A stretch of 64,000 nt of DNA from the NCBI RefSeq assembly GCF_009914755.1, contig NC_060935.1. One strand, written 5' to 3'. The notes under the pieces were generated by a model. The model made no database searches and was not told the origin of the DNA. It was given only the letters and a program-made list of their open reading frames with translations. This DNA comes from the human T2T-CHM13v2.0 reference genome, Homo sapiens. Shown piece by piece: positions 13,491 to 28,843 of the stretch. A program made the position numbers and the translations under genes. Every line of letters starts with the position of its first letter. The first letter of the stretch is position 1.

Positions 13491-16400
13491 TTGAAACTCG
13501 TATTTTGACCTAGAGCTGATGTTTTCCAGGGTGCACCAGCATGTCCATACAGGTTATTAAAATACTAAAATATATCTTCAGGTGCTTGTGGGCATGGAGA
13601 GAGGAGACTTGGGAGCCAGTCTCCATGGTTTTCTGTATGGGCTTTCAACAGAGAGGGGCTACCAAGAGAAGCTGGAAGAATGGTTTGCCCATACATTCTT
13701 CAGGAAACCCTGGGAGAGTAAGGAAGTTGTCCTTCAGAACTGATAAGAATGGGAGAGGGTGAGGGGAGAGATCACTCCACCACTGCCAGGTGGCCTCAGT
13801 ATAGCTGACACAGTGTGGCCTCAAAGCCAGCAGCAGAATGGAGCCCTAGCAGCTGAAAGCAGCAACAGACTTGGGAGTCTTATTCACTGGGCTTTGGAGG
13901 CCGCACAGGGGCTGAGAGTCCTTGTTTGGTGGCATTTCCAAGACTTTCCCCAGGGTTTTTCCCAAAAGGGTTGCAGGGCTTTGAGGAGGGAACCAGAAGA
14001 TCTGCCACAGTAGGGAGGAAGGCTAGAGGAACATCTGTCGCTCAGTGGCAACAACCCCCATATCTGGAGAGCATCCTGCAATTTATAAAGCATGGTCTCA
14101 TTCCTAACTCTTCCCAGCAGAGATAATTATTCCTGTTGTGTAGATGAGAAAACTAAGACCCAGAGAGGTAAAGGGACTTACCCAAGGTTAATCATGGCAG
14201 AGCCTATTCACACTGGTTCATCATTCCATGTTTTCTGACTGTCAATTCAGTACTCAGTCAGAGGGGCAGACGGGCAGACGAGGTGCCTGGGGTGCAAAAC
14301 GTAAAGAGGTCAGGTCCTTAAGAGTGAGGTGGCTAGGACACAAAATTTAAAGACACACACAATCTCGGGTCATGAAGTGCCACACCCGCATCCAGGCCTT
14401 GCTTTAATTACCACTCCCATTCCCCTCCAGCGTTGAGGGCTTCACTAGAGAAGCCTATTGCTGGCATTGCACCCTGGATATCTCTGGCATCCATTTGCCT
14501 GTTGAGCAAGCCTGTGGCTTCACCACATCCTTCCTCAGAAGCTGCCTGGAATCTCCATCTGTTCTTGTAGTTAGGAGAAGGGGAGTGAAGGAGAATGTTG
14601 CCACCGGATATGCCGGGCACCACAAACAAACAACAAAAAGGATTCATGTGTTCAATGGAGCTGAATTTTAATTGATACTTTCTCAAACAGTGGTTCTGAA
14701 CCAACATCGCTCAGCCCCCGAAGATGATGAAGGGGGTGCGGTTTAACGCCACAATTAGCAGACAACCCCACAACAAATACAGTAAACATTAATCATATTA
14801 AATATTGAACTCAGACTTTGGTACGCTTGAAGAGCAATGGGTTTTTAAAATTTTATTTTACAGAAGACAAAGCAATGATTGTGGAGGAATTATTCCGATG
14901 TCAGTGCTGAAGGGAAATAATGTAACATTCTGGAATTTATATAAAAATTACAGCTTTGTTGTGTTTCACACTATATATAGTAATTTAATCATTTGCAGCT
15001 GATTAATTTCAGTGAAGGAAAATGTAGCATTATGCATCCCTAATGGAGTTCCAAGGTTTGAATTCTAATCGTGAGTTGGGCACAGTTTAAGTCTAAATTA
15101 GCAATTAGCTTGGGCAAGGGACATTTAGGTTGAATGGAAGTCATCTGTTGACATGTCCTGAGTCAACAAGAGAGTAGCAATGAAGATCATCAGAAAAATG
15201 CCTGCCACAGAACACTCTTCGCTGGCTTATTAATTATAGTGCTGAACATTAGCAGAGTGCCATTCCACTTTAGAAAACCTTTTCGTGTACATTTATCTCA
15301 TTTGCTTTGGTCTTCATCTAAGTCTGTGAAGTGGGTGTTTGTGCTCCATTTTATAGCAAGGAAACTGAGGCTTGGAGAACTTAAGGCCACACGGAGGAAG
15401 AGCACCCTGTGGCAGGATTTGAACCCAAGAGTTCAGGCTTCAAAATCAGTATCCTTTCTACATCAAGATATTTTCTGGGGACAAATTTGCTCCATCTTGA
15501 GGTCCTCCAGAGGTTAATCCTCAAATACATCTAGAAGCAGGTACTTACTGTTCATATCCCTTTTTACAGATAAGGCTCGTGTGGGTCAAGTTGCTGGTCC
15601 AAGCATGCAGCTGAAATTGAAAACCTCGTTCTTCATCATAATACTTAGTACCTCTCAAAGATGGTTCTTAAACACCAGGCTGAGCCTTCTCGATCTTGTA
15701 GTCCACTTGGGATTTGGTGTGTTTGGGTGTGATGGCATATTTTGGGCCAGGAACTAAGGAGAACTAAGGCACATTTTGGATATTCTCAGATCCTGCTCCC
15801 CCACTTCTCCACCCTGCTCTGCTCCAGGAAGGAGGAACTGGGTGGATCTGTCAAGTCTGGTCAGTGGGAACAGCAGCAGGAGAGAGGAGGTAGAGAAGCC
15901 AGCAGACTCAGTGTTTACTCTTCTGGTTTTCTCACTGCAGGGTTGCCATGAGTCTGCTGTGTCCCTTACCCAAAAGTCATGGTCCCTCTCACTGCCCCTT
16001 CAGATCCAGGGTGATCATGGTGCTCACTATTACCAATCCTGGGGTACTACACACTCTTTTCCTGCCTTTTTCTTACAGCCTGTCCTCCCCTTTGTAACTC
16101 ATTCCTCTATCCAGGAACCCTGCCTGATTGATGGACAAAAATACAGTATAAACCCCACCCTTCACATCAAAACTTGAGATTTGGAGTGAAACTTACTGAA
16201 TCAGCTAGAGTCCTGGCTGGAAGCAGAAGTTTTCAGATAGGTTAAAAAAGAGATTTTTTTTTAATGAAATGACTACTTATAAAGGTGTGGACAGGGTTAA
16301 GTGAACAAAGAAATATCAAGGCACCCAAAGACTGGAAGAGCAGGAAGCTATTACTATTCCTAAGGCTGAAAGGGCTGAAGCTGGAAGTCAGGAGGGGCCC

Positions 16401-16649
16401 CTGACTACTCTCTCTTCTTGCCCTTGGAAGTCTTGCCTGTAGCAGGCTCTCATGGGTGACACCCAACCAGAAACCTGACTGCAGGGCAATGTGGATGGTG
16501 CAGGGTTCAGGATCACCCTCTCAGGGTACAAAATAGGACAGACAAGGTAGAAAGTGGAACACTGTAGAAAAACAGGGAATAGCCTATATGTTTATCTTGT
16601 ATCTTTGCAGAGGCTGGAGGTTAGGAAACATTAATACTTAAGAGTGTCT

Positions 16650-17575
16650 TAGTTTTACAGGAGAATTTCTTAAGTATTTCATTTCCAACAAAACAATGGA
16701 TTCAAGCAAGGATCATCAATAGATGCTAAAATGATTGAGTAAAAAGTTGGTTGGATAAAGGATATTAACGTGACCTCAAAGTATCCTCCCAAAGATTACT
16801 CGTTAATTACAAACAGGTAATGCGATCTGTCAGATGCTGGCTTAACAAAGCAATCAAGCTTAGCGTCTTCAATAATGGGACCTACTGATGCTATGTGCCC
16901 CATAATGGAATGCAGTGGGAAGCAGACAACTTCACCTTTGTTGGATTCTTGCAAAAATGCTTACGCTGAACCTAACCAAGAGAAATATCAGACAAATCCA
17001 GATTCCAGAGCATTCTATAAGACAACTTGCCTGGATGCTTCAAAAAAGTCAGTGCCTTGAATAGCAATAGCCACAAAGACAGAGCTAAGCAGAAAAGAGA
17101 ACTGTACAGGAAAACTTGGATGAACCTGGCCAATATAATGTTGAGCAAAAGAAGCCAGACTCTAAAAAGAGCATGTAAAATGTGATTTCATTTACATCAA
17201 GTTAAAAAACACACAAAACCAATTTAGTCATTAGAAGCCAGACTAATGGATATCCCTAGGAGGTGATGTCAGAAAGGGCACCCAAGAAGGAATTCCAGGG
17301 TTGCTAATGATGTTCTGCTTCTTGATCTGAGTGCTGGTTACAAGTGCATACTCAATTTGTGAAACCTCATTATAACTAATACACAGTGTGTGCGTGTGTG
17401 TGTGTGTGTGTGGTGTGTCTGTGTGTTAGAGAAGGAGAGAGAGTATTAGTGTGGTAAAAGATTAACAGTTGATGAAACTAGCTAGGTGTTGGGTATATAA
17501 GCATTCATTATCATTATATTATTCTTTTAACTCTTCTCCAGGTTTGAAATTTTCAAAAATAAAAAATATAAAAAA
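16650..17575 (+). mobile_element. Old L1ME-type 3' fragments with a (TG)n tract near 17386
   Basis: atgttgagcaaaagaagccagac...gttctgcttcttgatctgagtgctggttaca resembles L1ME 3' ends. Confidence 0.65.
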
Positions 17576-17944
17576 TGGTTTCAATCATTTTTGTAAGTGT
17601 TGAATTAATAGAATTGGCCAGCACACTATGTACTAGCAGTGGCCTCTCCAGTGATTTTCCCTCATTTATACACTTATTTAAATATATGCAAACTATTCAC
17701 ACTTAACCAACATAAAACAAACAACTCAAAACCATTTTGCATTCATCATAATCCCTAAACACAAGCCAAATACCTCATCTGGTGCCCAAACACAGGCATA
17801 GCAATCTGTTCCCATGTTGAGAGAAAAGCATCTGTGTTAGACATACTAAGCTATAGCTTGGGATCCACAAAGCCATATCTATGGGACTTTGAATTCTCAA
17901 GGGTTATTTTAATGTTAGGCAATTTTTACTATGTTCACTGTCGT

Positions 17945-18790
<846 letters not shown>

Positions 18791-19945
18791 TGACTGACTT
18801 TAGAATCCAACCTGCTTAACCTGTGACACCACTGGCAATGTTGACCAATATTGGAACCTCATTTTGCCTTCAAATCACACACCCTGTTGGGGTAGAAGGA
18901 AGAAGAAAATTCAGCTCCCTATTCTCTGGTGTTTTCAGTTCCAGGCATGGATTTTACAAATCCCAAAAGAGGGTAATGATAACAACAAAAACAAACAAAC
19001 AAACCAGGAAAGACAGAGAAGCTCTATTTGTTTTTGTCTACTCCCATTCCAAAATGGCACCCTGGCCAGGCCAGCTACAGAAAACCTGATGTAAACATCA
19101 GATACAATGAGAAGCAATAGTCTTCACTCTCAAAGACCATAGCTGCAAAATTCTTATGCTTCTCCCCACCCTCACCCACCCCTTTAACTGCCAAGGATTC
19201 AGGGAGGGCACAAGCACTGTGACCTCTTGGCATCCTTGGTCTGAGAAAGATGCAGATTCTTTCCCCAACTCTTCAACTTTTCACTGCCAACTGAACAGAC
19301 ACCTTTGGTTCAGCTCGCCTACCAACTATCTGTGAGCCACTCTCTAGCACGGTGCTGGAACACAGTAGATGCTTGATAAATATTTTTTGAACGAGTGAGC
19401 TATGGAGAGAAGAGCTGTGGAAGAAGCAAAAGTGGTTTTCATGGAGCATTCTATGCAACTTGGAGGGCTTTTCCCCCCACCTATGCTGAGAACCCAGCTC
19501 TGGAATCCTCAAGGGGACCATCTCGGGATCAGTACAGTCCATGCATGGCATGGCCATTAGTATTCTTATCTTAAGTGGCTTTGCAGACAATTGACTTCTG
19601 CAATGAGCCAGGGTAAGAGAAAAATACCATGGCTGTGTAGCAATTGCAGAGGACAGGCTGATTTCCAAGTTTATGTGTGATAACCCTTTGGGACTCCTTG
19701 ACATGACTAACTCAGCATGTGTAAGGTGCTGAGAACCTGAGGCAGCATGAGAGACAGTTGATGAAATTTCTGGTATTATTACAATGAGTTCAATTTTGTG
19801 CTTAAAAATCTGTATTGAGAGCAAATTTTGTGCTAGATGCTATGCTAAGTAAATACATTATTTTATTTAATTCTCACAACAACCCAATTAGTTATCTCCC
19901 TTTACAAATGAGGTGACTAAGTCCTGAAGAGGTAACTTGCCTACG

Positions 19946-20547
19946 TGTGATGGTTAATTTTATGTGTCAATTTGACTGCTGTACTGGGTGCCCTAATATT
20001 TGGTTAAACATTATTCTAGGAATTTTGATGAGAGGGTTTCCAGATGAGATTAACATTTGAAACAGTAGACAAAGTAGAGGAGATGGTCTTTCCCAGTGTG
20101 AATGAACCTCATCCTATCCCTTGAAGGCCTAAGCAGAACAAAAAGGTGGAGTGAGAGAAAATTTACTCTCTGTGTCTTTAAGCTGGAATATTGATTGAGC
20201 ATCTCCAGCCTCCGGACTCAGACTGTTACTATACCATCTGCTTTCCTGAGTCCTCAGTTTGGTGACTGCAGATCTCAGGATTTCTCAGCCTCTATAACCT
20301 TGTGAGCCAACTCTTTATGAAAGATAGACAGATAATAGATAGATGATAGATGGTAAATAGATAGATTAGATAAATAACAGAGAGACGGATAGATGGATGA
20401 ATGGGTGGATGTATAGATGATATATAGATAGATAAATGGATGGATGGATGGTGGATGGATGGATAGATGGATGAATAGATGGATAGATAGATGGATAGAG
20501 ATATATATCCTATTCGTTCTGTTTCTCTGAGAACCTAGACTAATACA
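19946..20547 (+). mobile_element. MLT2 (ERVL) solo LTR containing a (GATA/GGAT)n expansion
   Basis: tgtgatggttaattttatgtgtcaa...gactaataca; 5-bp TSD ctacg/ctaag; splits a MIR. Confidence 0.88.
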
Positions 20548-20799
20548 CTAAGCTCATGCAATTATATAATAGACACTACTGGCTGCTTGCCTACCAACAA
20601 TTATGAGACATCACACTCCCCGCTGCTGGTAGGACTCATCCTCCACTCTGTAGATTTAAAATGTAAAATACTTCCCTTCCCAGCTTTCACTGCATTCAGG
20701 GCACAGATGTGCACCCCAAACCTTGCTGTGTGGATTTAAGGAGAGTTTGCTGGGGGCTATTGGGAAAGAGTTTCTTTCCTTAAAAAAAAAAAAAAAAAT

Positions 20800-21188
<389 letters not shown>

Positions 21189-24100
21189 CTAAGAGGGAGA
21201 GATTGCCTTCATGCTTCAGAAAGCAGTGGCAGAAAGAAAGAAAACATTTACATTCAAATAATATTGTAGAGCTGCTGAATTAACCAATTCTGAAAGCACT
21301 CTGCCTCCAGACTTCTTACGTGAGATAACAGATAACCTTATTGTTTAAGTTCCTTCTATATAGAAATTTGTTTTCTGTTCCCAAAAGCATCCTAATTGTT
21401 CAGTTGATTTAATTTTCACTGTAAGAGCTCACATCAGTGGAAGTCTGTTTATCTAGTCAAAGGTATACTTATTATATAAGTTCACTTAATACTCTTTATT
21501 ATTTACAAATATTCGAATGAAATGCTAAATATTTCTATTTACCTATGCCCATATCCATTCCTTCATCCTTCCATTCCTCCATCTGTCTGTCTATCTACCT
21601 ATCTATCAGTGATCGAGTGACTGACTGGTCGATTGTTCTGTGGTCAAAAAATTTCAGGAAGTGGTTTCCTACTAATACATAACCCCTTCTGGAGAGCCTC
21701 TGAGAAGCTTCTACAGTAAAACAAACAAACAAAATCCAAAACAAAACGTGAAAATTGAACTCAGCATTTTCCTGATATTTTGTTTGTTTAATCCCTTTTT
21801 TGGGCACACATTTTAATGGCAACCCATTTTTGGAAATGTGCATATGACTAGGTAACTATCTCCTAAGATTCCCACACACACATTTTAAGAGAGCAATTAT
21901 TCCCTCTGAAGGCAACACTTGTTATTCTGAAGCACTGAAGCGAAGCCGCCAGTACACAGAAGCCACTTGGATGTTGCTTAGCAGATGTTTACAGATAGCT
22001 TGATGTTAATTTCTACACAAAAGATATATTTCTGGCCTTGCCTTATTGTTTATGATTCACGACTAAATTCTGGGAACCTTGAGTCTGGCCCATCATCCTG
22101 CCTGAGCTGACCATATTTGACACAGACAGTTTCCATTCATGGTGGCCACATGCCCTGTCTACACCATCCACACCCCAAGAGGTAATTCAGTGCTTGTGTT
22201 TTAACATAAACTTCAAGTCACATGCATACTAACACTACTTCATGAGCAAGAAATTACCACGTCTGGTTCATTGACATTTACTTCTGGGAACCATTTCAAT
22301 CAGATTAATTCATTTATCTAAATAATCTTCCACTCACTTCACAACATCAAAACTCACCAATACATTTTCTGTTGATGCTTCCAACTTTCCTTTTTGTACA
22401 GTGAGAAGCAAGATTAATTTTTACCTGGAGTTCACAGACTGGGCACTTATTAGAGTATGAGGGAATGCAAATAATAACAACCTCTATCCCAACAGAACAC
22501 AAGAAAAGGGAAAAAAGTAGGGCAGATGGAGATGCAAATGTCAATCTACTACTAATAGGGCTGCTGCAGAAAGTTGCTTAGATGTGCAGCAGCAACTGTA
22601 GGCTTTGTGTTAGGCAGGAGAGGTAGCTTATGCAGCAGTAACAAACAACCCAAGAGTCTTGTTGGCTAAAAACAAAAATTTAGTTCTCTATCACATTACA
22701 GATCCACTGTGGCCCAGCTGAGGATCTGTTCCATGGCACCTTAACTTGGAGTCACAGCAATTGGAACAGACTCTAACTGGAACATTTTCAATTATCATGG
22801 AGGAGAGGGAAACGTAAGTATGGTGAGCCCCACATTGACTCTCAGAGCTTCCACTTAGAAGTGACCCATCACTTCTGCTCAACTGTCATTGGCCACGTGT
22901 AAGCTCTCCTACCACAGACCCCCAATATTGAAACTCAAAGCTAACCAGATGTGTTCCCCTGCAACAGGCATCACTAGAAAAGCTACAGGCTTCCTCCCGA
23001 GCATGAGGGCAAAGGCTTTACTCCCACGTTTACCCTGTAGCCAAGAGCAGAGCCAAGCACATGCTCTCTACAGACAGGCAGACCCCAAAAGGAATGGATG
23101 AAGGAACTAAATTTCCCCACTCAGGTGAGAGGGCAGAGAGTCACCAGGCAAAAGCAGTCAAGCCACAGTAAGATTTTTGCAAAATGGGTTACTCCACTTA
23201 TTCATTGTCTTCTTTTTTAAATTCTCCATTTCACCATTTCACTCTTGGCGTCTTTATTCTTCAACAAGTTCTATGCCTTCATCATTTACTTCTCCATTAT
23301 CCTAGCCTTCTTCATTCTCCTCATCCAAAAAACCTGAACCCAACTCCACTGCTGGATGCCTGACCACGTGCACCAGCAGTCCCATATCTGAGCTCCAAAC
23401 AGTAAATCTTTACATTTAGACCAGTCTGAGAAGGATTCTTCTGTGATTGCCACCATAGGCTTCCAATGGGAAACACTGAGGTCAGGGGTGAACGAAGAGA
23501 AAATGTGCAGCGCCCAGGATCAGCAGGTGATGGTTCAATGGGAGTTTCTCCCCATCAGCACTTTTGCTGATTCTGATCCCCTCTGAGGGCATGCCCTTTC
23601 CTTTTCCCTTTCCTTATCCAAATCCCAACTATTCTTCAAATGTCAAGCTCAGGTCCCACCTCCTATGGGGCACATTCACACCTCTGCAGCCAACCCATAG
23701 CCAAACCCTGACTACATCCCTGTGCTAACACTTGGAGCTCACACTGTTGTCTGACTTCATGTGTGATGATTTGACTCTACAAGTCACCTTGGAGGATGGG
23801 GACAATGCTTTATTTGCTTTCTGCCTCCCTGGCAGCACCCAGGCCAGCATTAGGCACAGAGCAGCCTCTTGACTGTTTCTGATGCATAGGCTGTGCAAGG
23901 TGGTTGGTGAGGTCTGCTCCCGTCACAGTGAATGGGGAAGTGACTGAGAATCCGCCTCTGTCACATAAACATTCGATGGTGCTGATAACTCGGCAAACTG
24001 TTTCTGTGCAGGTCCTGTATTGTAGTACTGCTGAGACCCTGAGTTCTAGAAAACATGTCACAGATGCTAAGGGGGTATTTCTCAGCTAAAATCTGCAAGA

Positions 24101-24511
24101 AAGTAAAGAAAACACAGTTTATTATAATTATTGTAGTATTCAGTTCTTCCAGGCTTCTGGGTTTCTTGTTTATTTGTATTAACTGCATGCCTTTAACCAA
24201 GGTAAAGAGATGGATTTTTGCCCTGTTTATTACCTAGTAGTTGTACTCAATTCTGGCTTGACGTCAATGACCTTTAGTGACATCCTGATGATAAACTACC
24301 TCTCTTGCCTAAGTTACTGGATGTGCCAATAGTAATAGTAATAGCTAAACTTGTAATGAGCCAGTTACTGTTCCACGCACTTTGCTATGAATCTCAATGT
24401 CCTAGAGTCACGGAGAGGTTGGGTTACCTGGCAAAGTTTACGGAGCCTGGAGGTGAATCAGAGTTTGAACCCCTGTACTCTGCCTCCAGAGGCCAGACCT
24501 TAAACCTCTAC

Positions 24512-24711
24512 CAGGGATGTCCAATCTTTTGACTTCCCTGGACCACATTGGAAGAATAATTGTCTTGGGCCACACATAAAATACACTAACACTAGTGATA
24601 GCTGATGAGCTAAAAAAAAATCACACACACAAAAATCTCATAATGTTTTAAGAAATTTTATGAATTTGTGTTGGGCCTCATTCAAAGTTGGGCCACATGT
24701 TGAACAAGCTT
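24512..24711. mobile_element. MER30 hAT MITE
   Basis: gtccaatcttttgacttccctggaccacattggaagaa...gatagctgatgagctaaaaaa. Confidence 0.85.
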
Positions 24712-25664
24712 TCTCCACATTAAAGAGCAGGTGAAGCAAGAATGGGAGAATTCGGGTCTTCTAAAACCAATCACACGGGGCATGACTTTTGCAGCCACAC
24801 AGACCTGGGTTCAGATTCTTGCTTTACTGTCTTATTTCAGACAAGTCATTTAACCTTTCTATGCCTTAGCTCTTTCATCTATAAAAGGGGTTAAGGAAGA
24901 TTAATACTATATAATGTGTCTGGCACGTAGATTCTTAATAAATGTTAAGCATGGATTTGTTCACCTGTTCCCTGGTCTTTTAAGGTCGGAATCATTAGAT
25001 CATTGAAATTGCACACCATCTGCTCACTCTTTTCACTCAGTTCCATGACTAGCAAACACAGGACAAAGCAGGAAAAGTGTCAGATAGAGGAGAGTTTTTA
25101 GGCTGGCCAAGCAGTGAATAGACAATCAGGCACCTCTGTTCAACCTCTGCACTCATCAACCCTCGGGTTCCCCTAGGAGATACCAGATTCCACTGGTTTC
25201 AGCTTGGAGGACAGGCTTATGGCTGAGAAGAAACCCAGTTTCTTGGGCATTTATTGTTGCCCCCTCTTTAACTGCCTTCCTTCCCTTTTCCTCCTCTAGC
25301 CCTTAAGCAGATATTTCAAATTTATTAATAGGTCTCAAGTCCAATGACTGAGCTACAAACAGCAGAACAAACCTGTGTTTCTTCACAAGCCCATTAAAAA
25401 AACGTGACAGAGACCTGGCCTAGCTGCACAGAGGGGTGAGCTGGTTAATTTAGCTTTCACTTCCAAAAATATTCAAGGCAATTTAATAGCTTCATGCAAA
25501 TAGCTGTGTCTGGATGTCAAATCATCCCTTCCTTGATATGAATCATGGTTTATTCTGTTATCCCTTTAGCAGGACAGCTGGGTGGTCAAGTGTGGACTGG
25601 AGGGAGTCTGCCTGGGTTTGAACCCCACACTTGCTGCATGACCTTGGGCAGGTCACTTACCCTC

Positions 25665-26153
25665 TGTAGTAGGCTAAATAATGGCCAAAGATAACAGGTC
25701 CTAATACCTGGAAGTGGTGAATGTTACTTTACACAGTTAGGTTTTTGTAGACATTGTTAAATTAAGGATTTTAGACAAAAGGGTTATCCTGACATATCTG
25801 GATGCCCTGAATGCCATCACATGTCCCTAAAAAAAGGAGAGGCAGGGTATCGGGCTCACTGCATCAGAAGGTGCAGTGATGACGGAAGCAGAGAGAGATC
25901 TGAGGATGCCACACTGTTAGCTTTGGAGATGGAGGAAGGGGCCACAGGCCAAAGAATGTAGCTCCAGAAGCTGGAAGAAGCACAGATTTCCCCCTAAACA
26001 CTGGAGGGTACAGCCATGCCGACATCTCGATTTCAGTCCAGTGAAGCTCATGTTGGACTTCTGGCCTCCAGAACTGTGAGAGAACAAACTTGAATCGTTT
26101 TAAGCTACCAAGTGCATGGGAATTTGTTACGGTATCCCTAAGAAACTAGTACA
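25665..26153 (+). mobile_element. MLT1 (MLT1D-like) solo LTR
   Basis: tgtagtaggctaaataatggcc...aaactagtaca with perfect 5-bp TSD CCCTC. Confidence 0.9.
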
Positions 26154-28647
26154 CCCTCTCTGAGTCATGCTTTCCATGATTCCAGATCAGATGGGAGCAA
26201 GAAGCTGATAGGGGTGGCCAGAGAGCGAGGTGGTGAAAAGCGAGATGGGGAGATACTGACCACGAACACCACAGCTGAGCAATTTCCTAGGGACACAGGG
26301 CAGACGTCCACAGATGCACTCCTTGACTGCAAGAGCCTGGGGTAACACTACACAAATCTCAGCCATATTTGTGACTTTGCAGTCAAAATCTCACTTTGCC
26401 ACTGGGTGACCTGGAGCAGATTATTTAACCCTTCAAAGGATCAGTTGCCTGAGCTGCTAAATGTGTTAAATAAGCCATAGCAAGCACAAGGCTGGTTTCC
26501 TTATGGTCCCCTCAAGGAGCGAAGAAGCAGGAGGGGCTTCTCTTATCTTGCTCTCCACTCCCTTCCCTTTGAACACTGATGAGATAAGAAAGTTACGCAA
26601 AGTTGACTCCCATAGCTTCACTGCACACTACCACCGGGGCCCCTAACGTCAACTTGCAGATCAGGATGGGTCCTTGATGGAGTTCCTTTCGGCCATTCAA
26701 CATCCATTAGGCACATATTTATTGAGCACCTACTAAGTGCCAGGCACTGGTCAAAGCACAGCCCCCGTGAAATTTTTTAAAGCAGAACAATGTAGTGCAG
26801 GGCCGCTGCCAGCTCTGAAAGCGTTTTGCAGATTAGAGAAGGTTGCCCTTGCAAACACAGCCCTGTCGGCACACGGCTTAGCAAGCAGGGAGACCTTTTG
26901 TGTAATGAAAAGCAAACTTCTTCATCTGAGTGGACACAGCCCGTGCAGGGGGCATGTCTTGGCAAGCAGAGTGAGAACTGCATTTGGGCCCTCTGTGCCC
27001 CTCATCCAGGTGTGCCAGTTGTGTGCGAGTTTCCAAACAGACAGCATCCCTGAAGTCATGCATTTTTCTTAAAGATAAATGGGTTCTGTTTAAGGGCTTC
27101 TCTTTAATCTGTAATTTCAGACTGTGAAAGTGTCTTTTCTTTCACAAAGTGAGGGTGAGAATAGATGGGAGTTGTTTGTTTTCTGTTTTGTTAAATGTCC
27201 TCACTTAGCAAAATAAAAAGTTGACAACTTTCTTCCAGTTCTTTATTTTGGACATTTTACTGGTCCATAAAATTCAACATTTGGGGAATGAATTACTGAC
27301 TGATGGGAGGTGTGGCATGGTAAGAAGTCCTCTGTTCAAGCGAAGGAAAAGTCACCCAAACAACATAGACCTGGGCAGGTACCATCAGTGTCCCTGAGCT
27401 GCAGTGTTCACATGACGTGATCTTGCAGAACCTGCTGGGTTGCTATGGTTATCTCACCATGCCTATCCATTACCTTTGTGACACATGAGGTTCATACCAC
27501 ATAGATATTCAGAAAGATTTTTTTATGTGTCTCAGAAATGAACACGCTAGAAATAAATATCATTGCTTGAACGCAGCTGCATACACACATGAAAATATTT
27601 ATGCACACAGGAGAATCATTACTTCTTGCATGCATTGGTGATTAGATGTACCTCATCTGAAGTTCACACAGCTGTGGAATGGGCAGACCTTGGCTCCAGA
27701 GACAAATCTAGATTCTCTCTCTTAGGCAGGATCCCGTCAGTTGACAGAAAAAGAGAACTGAGAACTGGTCTTGGTTAAAAAAAAAAAAAAGAAAAGAAAA
27801 ATAAAAAAAAGATGGTGATGAGATGGGGAAAATGCATTGCCTCACATAATTGAGAAATGAGGTGTTTATTTCAGGTACAGCTTGATCCAGGGGTTCAGGG
27901 ACAGACAGTATCAGGACCGGGGTTCCTCCCACCCCCATACACTCTGCCTTCCCTTGTACTTACTGACCACAGGCTCTTCCCTGGTGAGGGCCCCACCATG
28001 TGTTCAGTTGGCTGCCAAAGTTCAAACCTTGGATGGAGAGATCAACCTTCCCAACAGCTCACAAAGTTCTGTGCCTGTGTCTCATTGGCCCGAATTAGAT
28101 CATATACTCATCACATGAGGGGGACGGTTAGTTCTTTGGAATAAAGTCATGGTGCATGGCCAGGGTCAGGGGATGCTGCCAGTCACACTGAATTTCACTT
28201 CAAAAAGGAGTGGGTCTAAGAAATTAGTCCCCAAATAGACATCTCCACGCAGCTCTGCCTCCTTTTGCATTCACCCCACCTCCTCCCTGATCTGTTCTCC
28301 ACCTGCTCTGTGCTCCGAGATGCTGACCTCTGAGGACTGCAAGCCTCAGAGGACCAAGCCCCTTGCTGGCTGGCCCCTGACTGGGTCAGACAACGGGAGG
28401 CACCAGCAGGATATCTGAAGGAGGGAGGAGGAAGAGGTTGGGGTATTTCTTCCATGCATCCTCTTTGCCCTAGTGCCTCCCCAGAACCCACTCCCTCTGG
28501 GTGCTGGTCACACCACGTCTATCAGCCTTTGAGGGAGTAATAGGCTCCTTCTGCTTCTAGTCTCTAGACATCTCAGCATCCCGTGTTTGTTCCTTTGACC
28601 CTGACCAGGTATCTGTACGTTGTCCCTTAAGTCTTTTAATTTAAATC

Positions 28648-28843
28648 AGGAGTTAGCAAACTTTAGCCCACAAGCCAAATACCACCCTCCCAGTCTCCTT
28701 TTGCAAAGAAAGTTTTCCTGGAACAGAGCCACACACACTGTTTAGGTATGTCTAAACATACCTGCGACTGAAATTGTATGTGACCTGCAAAGCCAAAAAT
28801 ATTTACTATCTGGCCTTTTATGGAAAATATTTGCCAACCCCTG
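28648..28843. mobile_element. MER58A-like hAT element with an internal deletion
   Basis: caggagttagcaaact...aaatatttactatctggcc...tttgccaacccctg. Confidence 0.8.

Noticed and set aside
13780-13800. Weaker CTCF-like motifs (ctgccaggtggcct here, and near 48330)
   Set aside because: They mismatch key core positions and cannot be supported without ChIP data.
14710-14820. ATGATGA C-box-like motif inside a small GC hairpin
   Set aside because: No properly placed CTGA D box or terminal stem, and no host intron is evident.
19273-19824. 183-aa minus-strand ORF
   Set aside because: Non-ATG start, overlaps L2/MIR-like fragments and shows no homology I can recognise.
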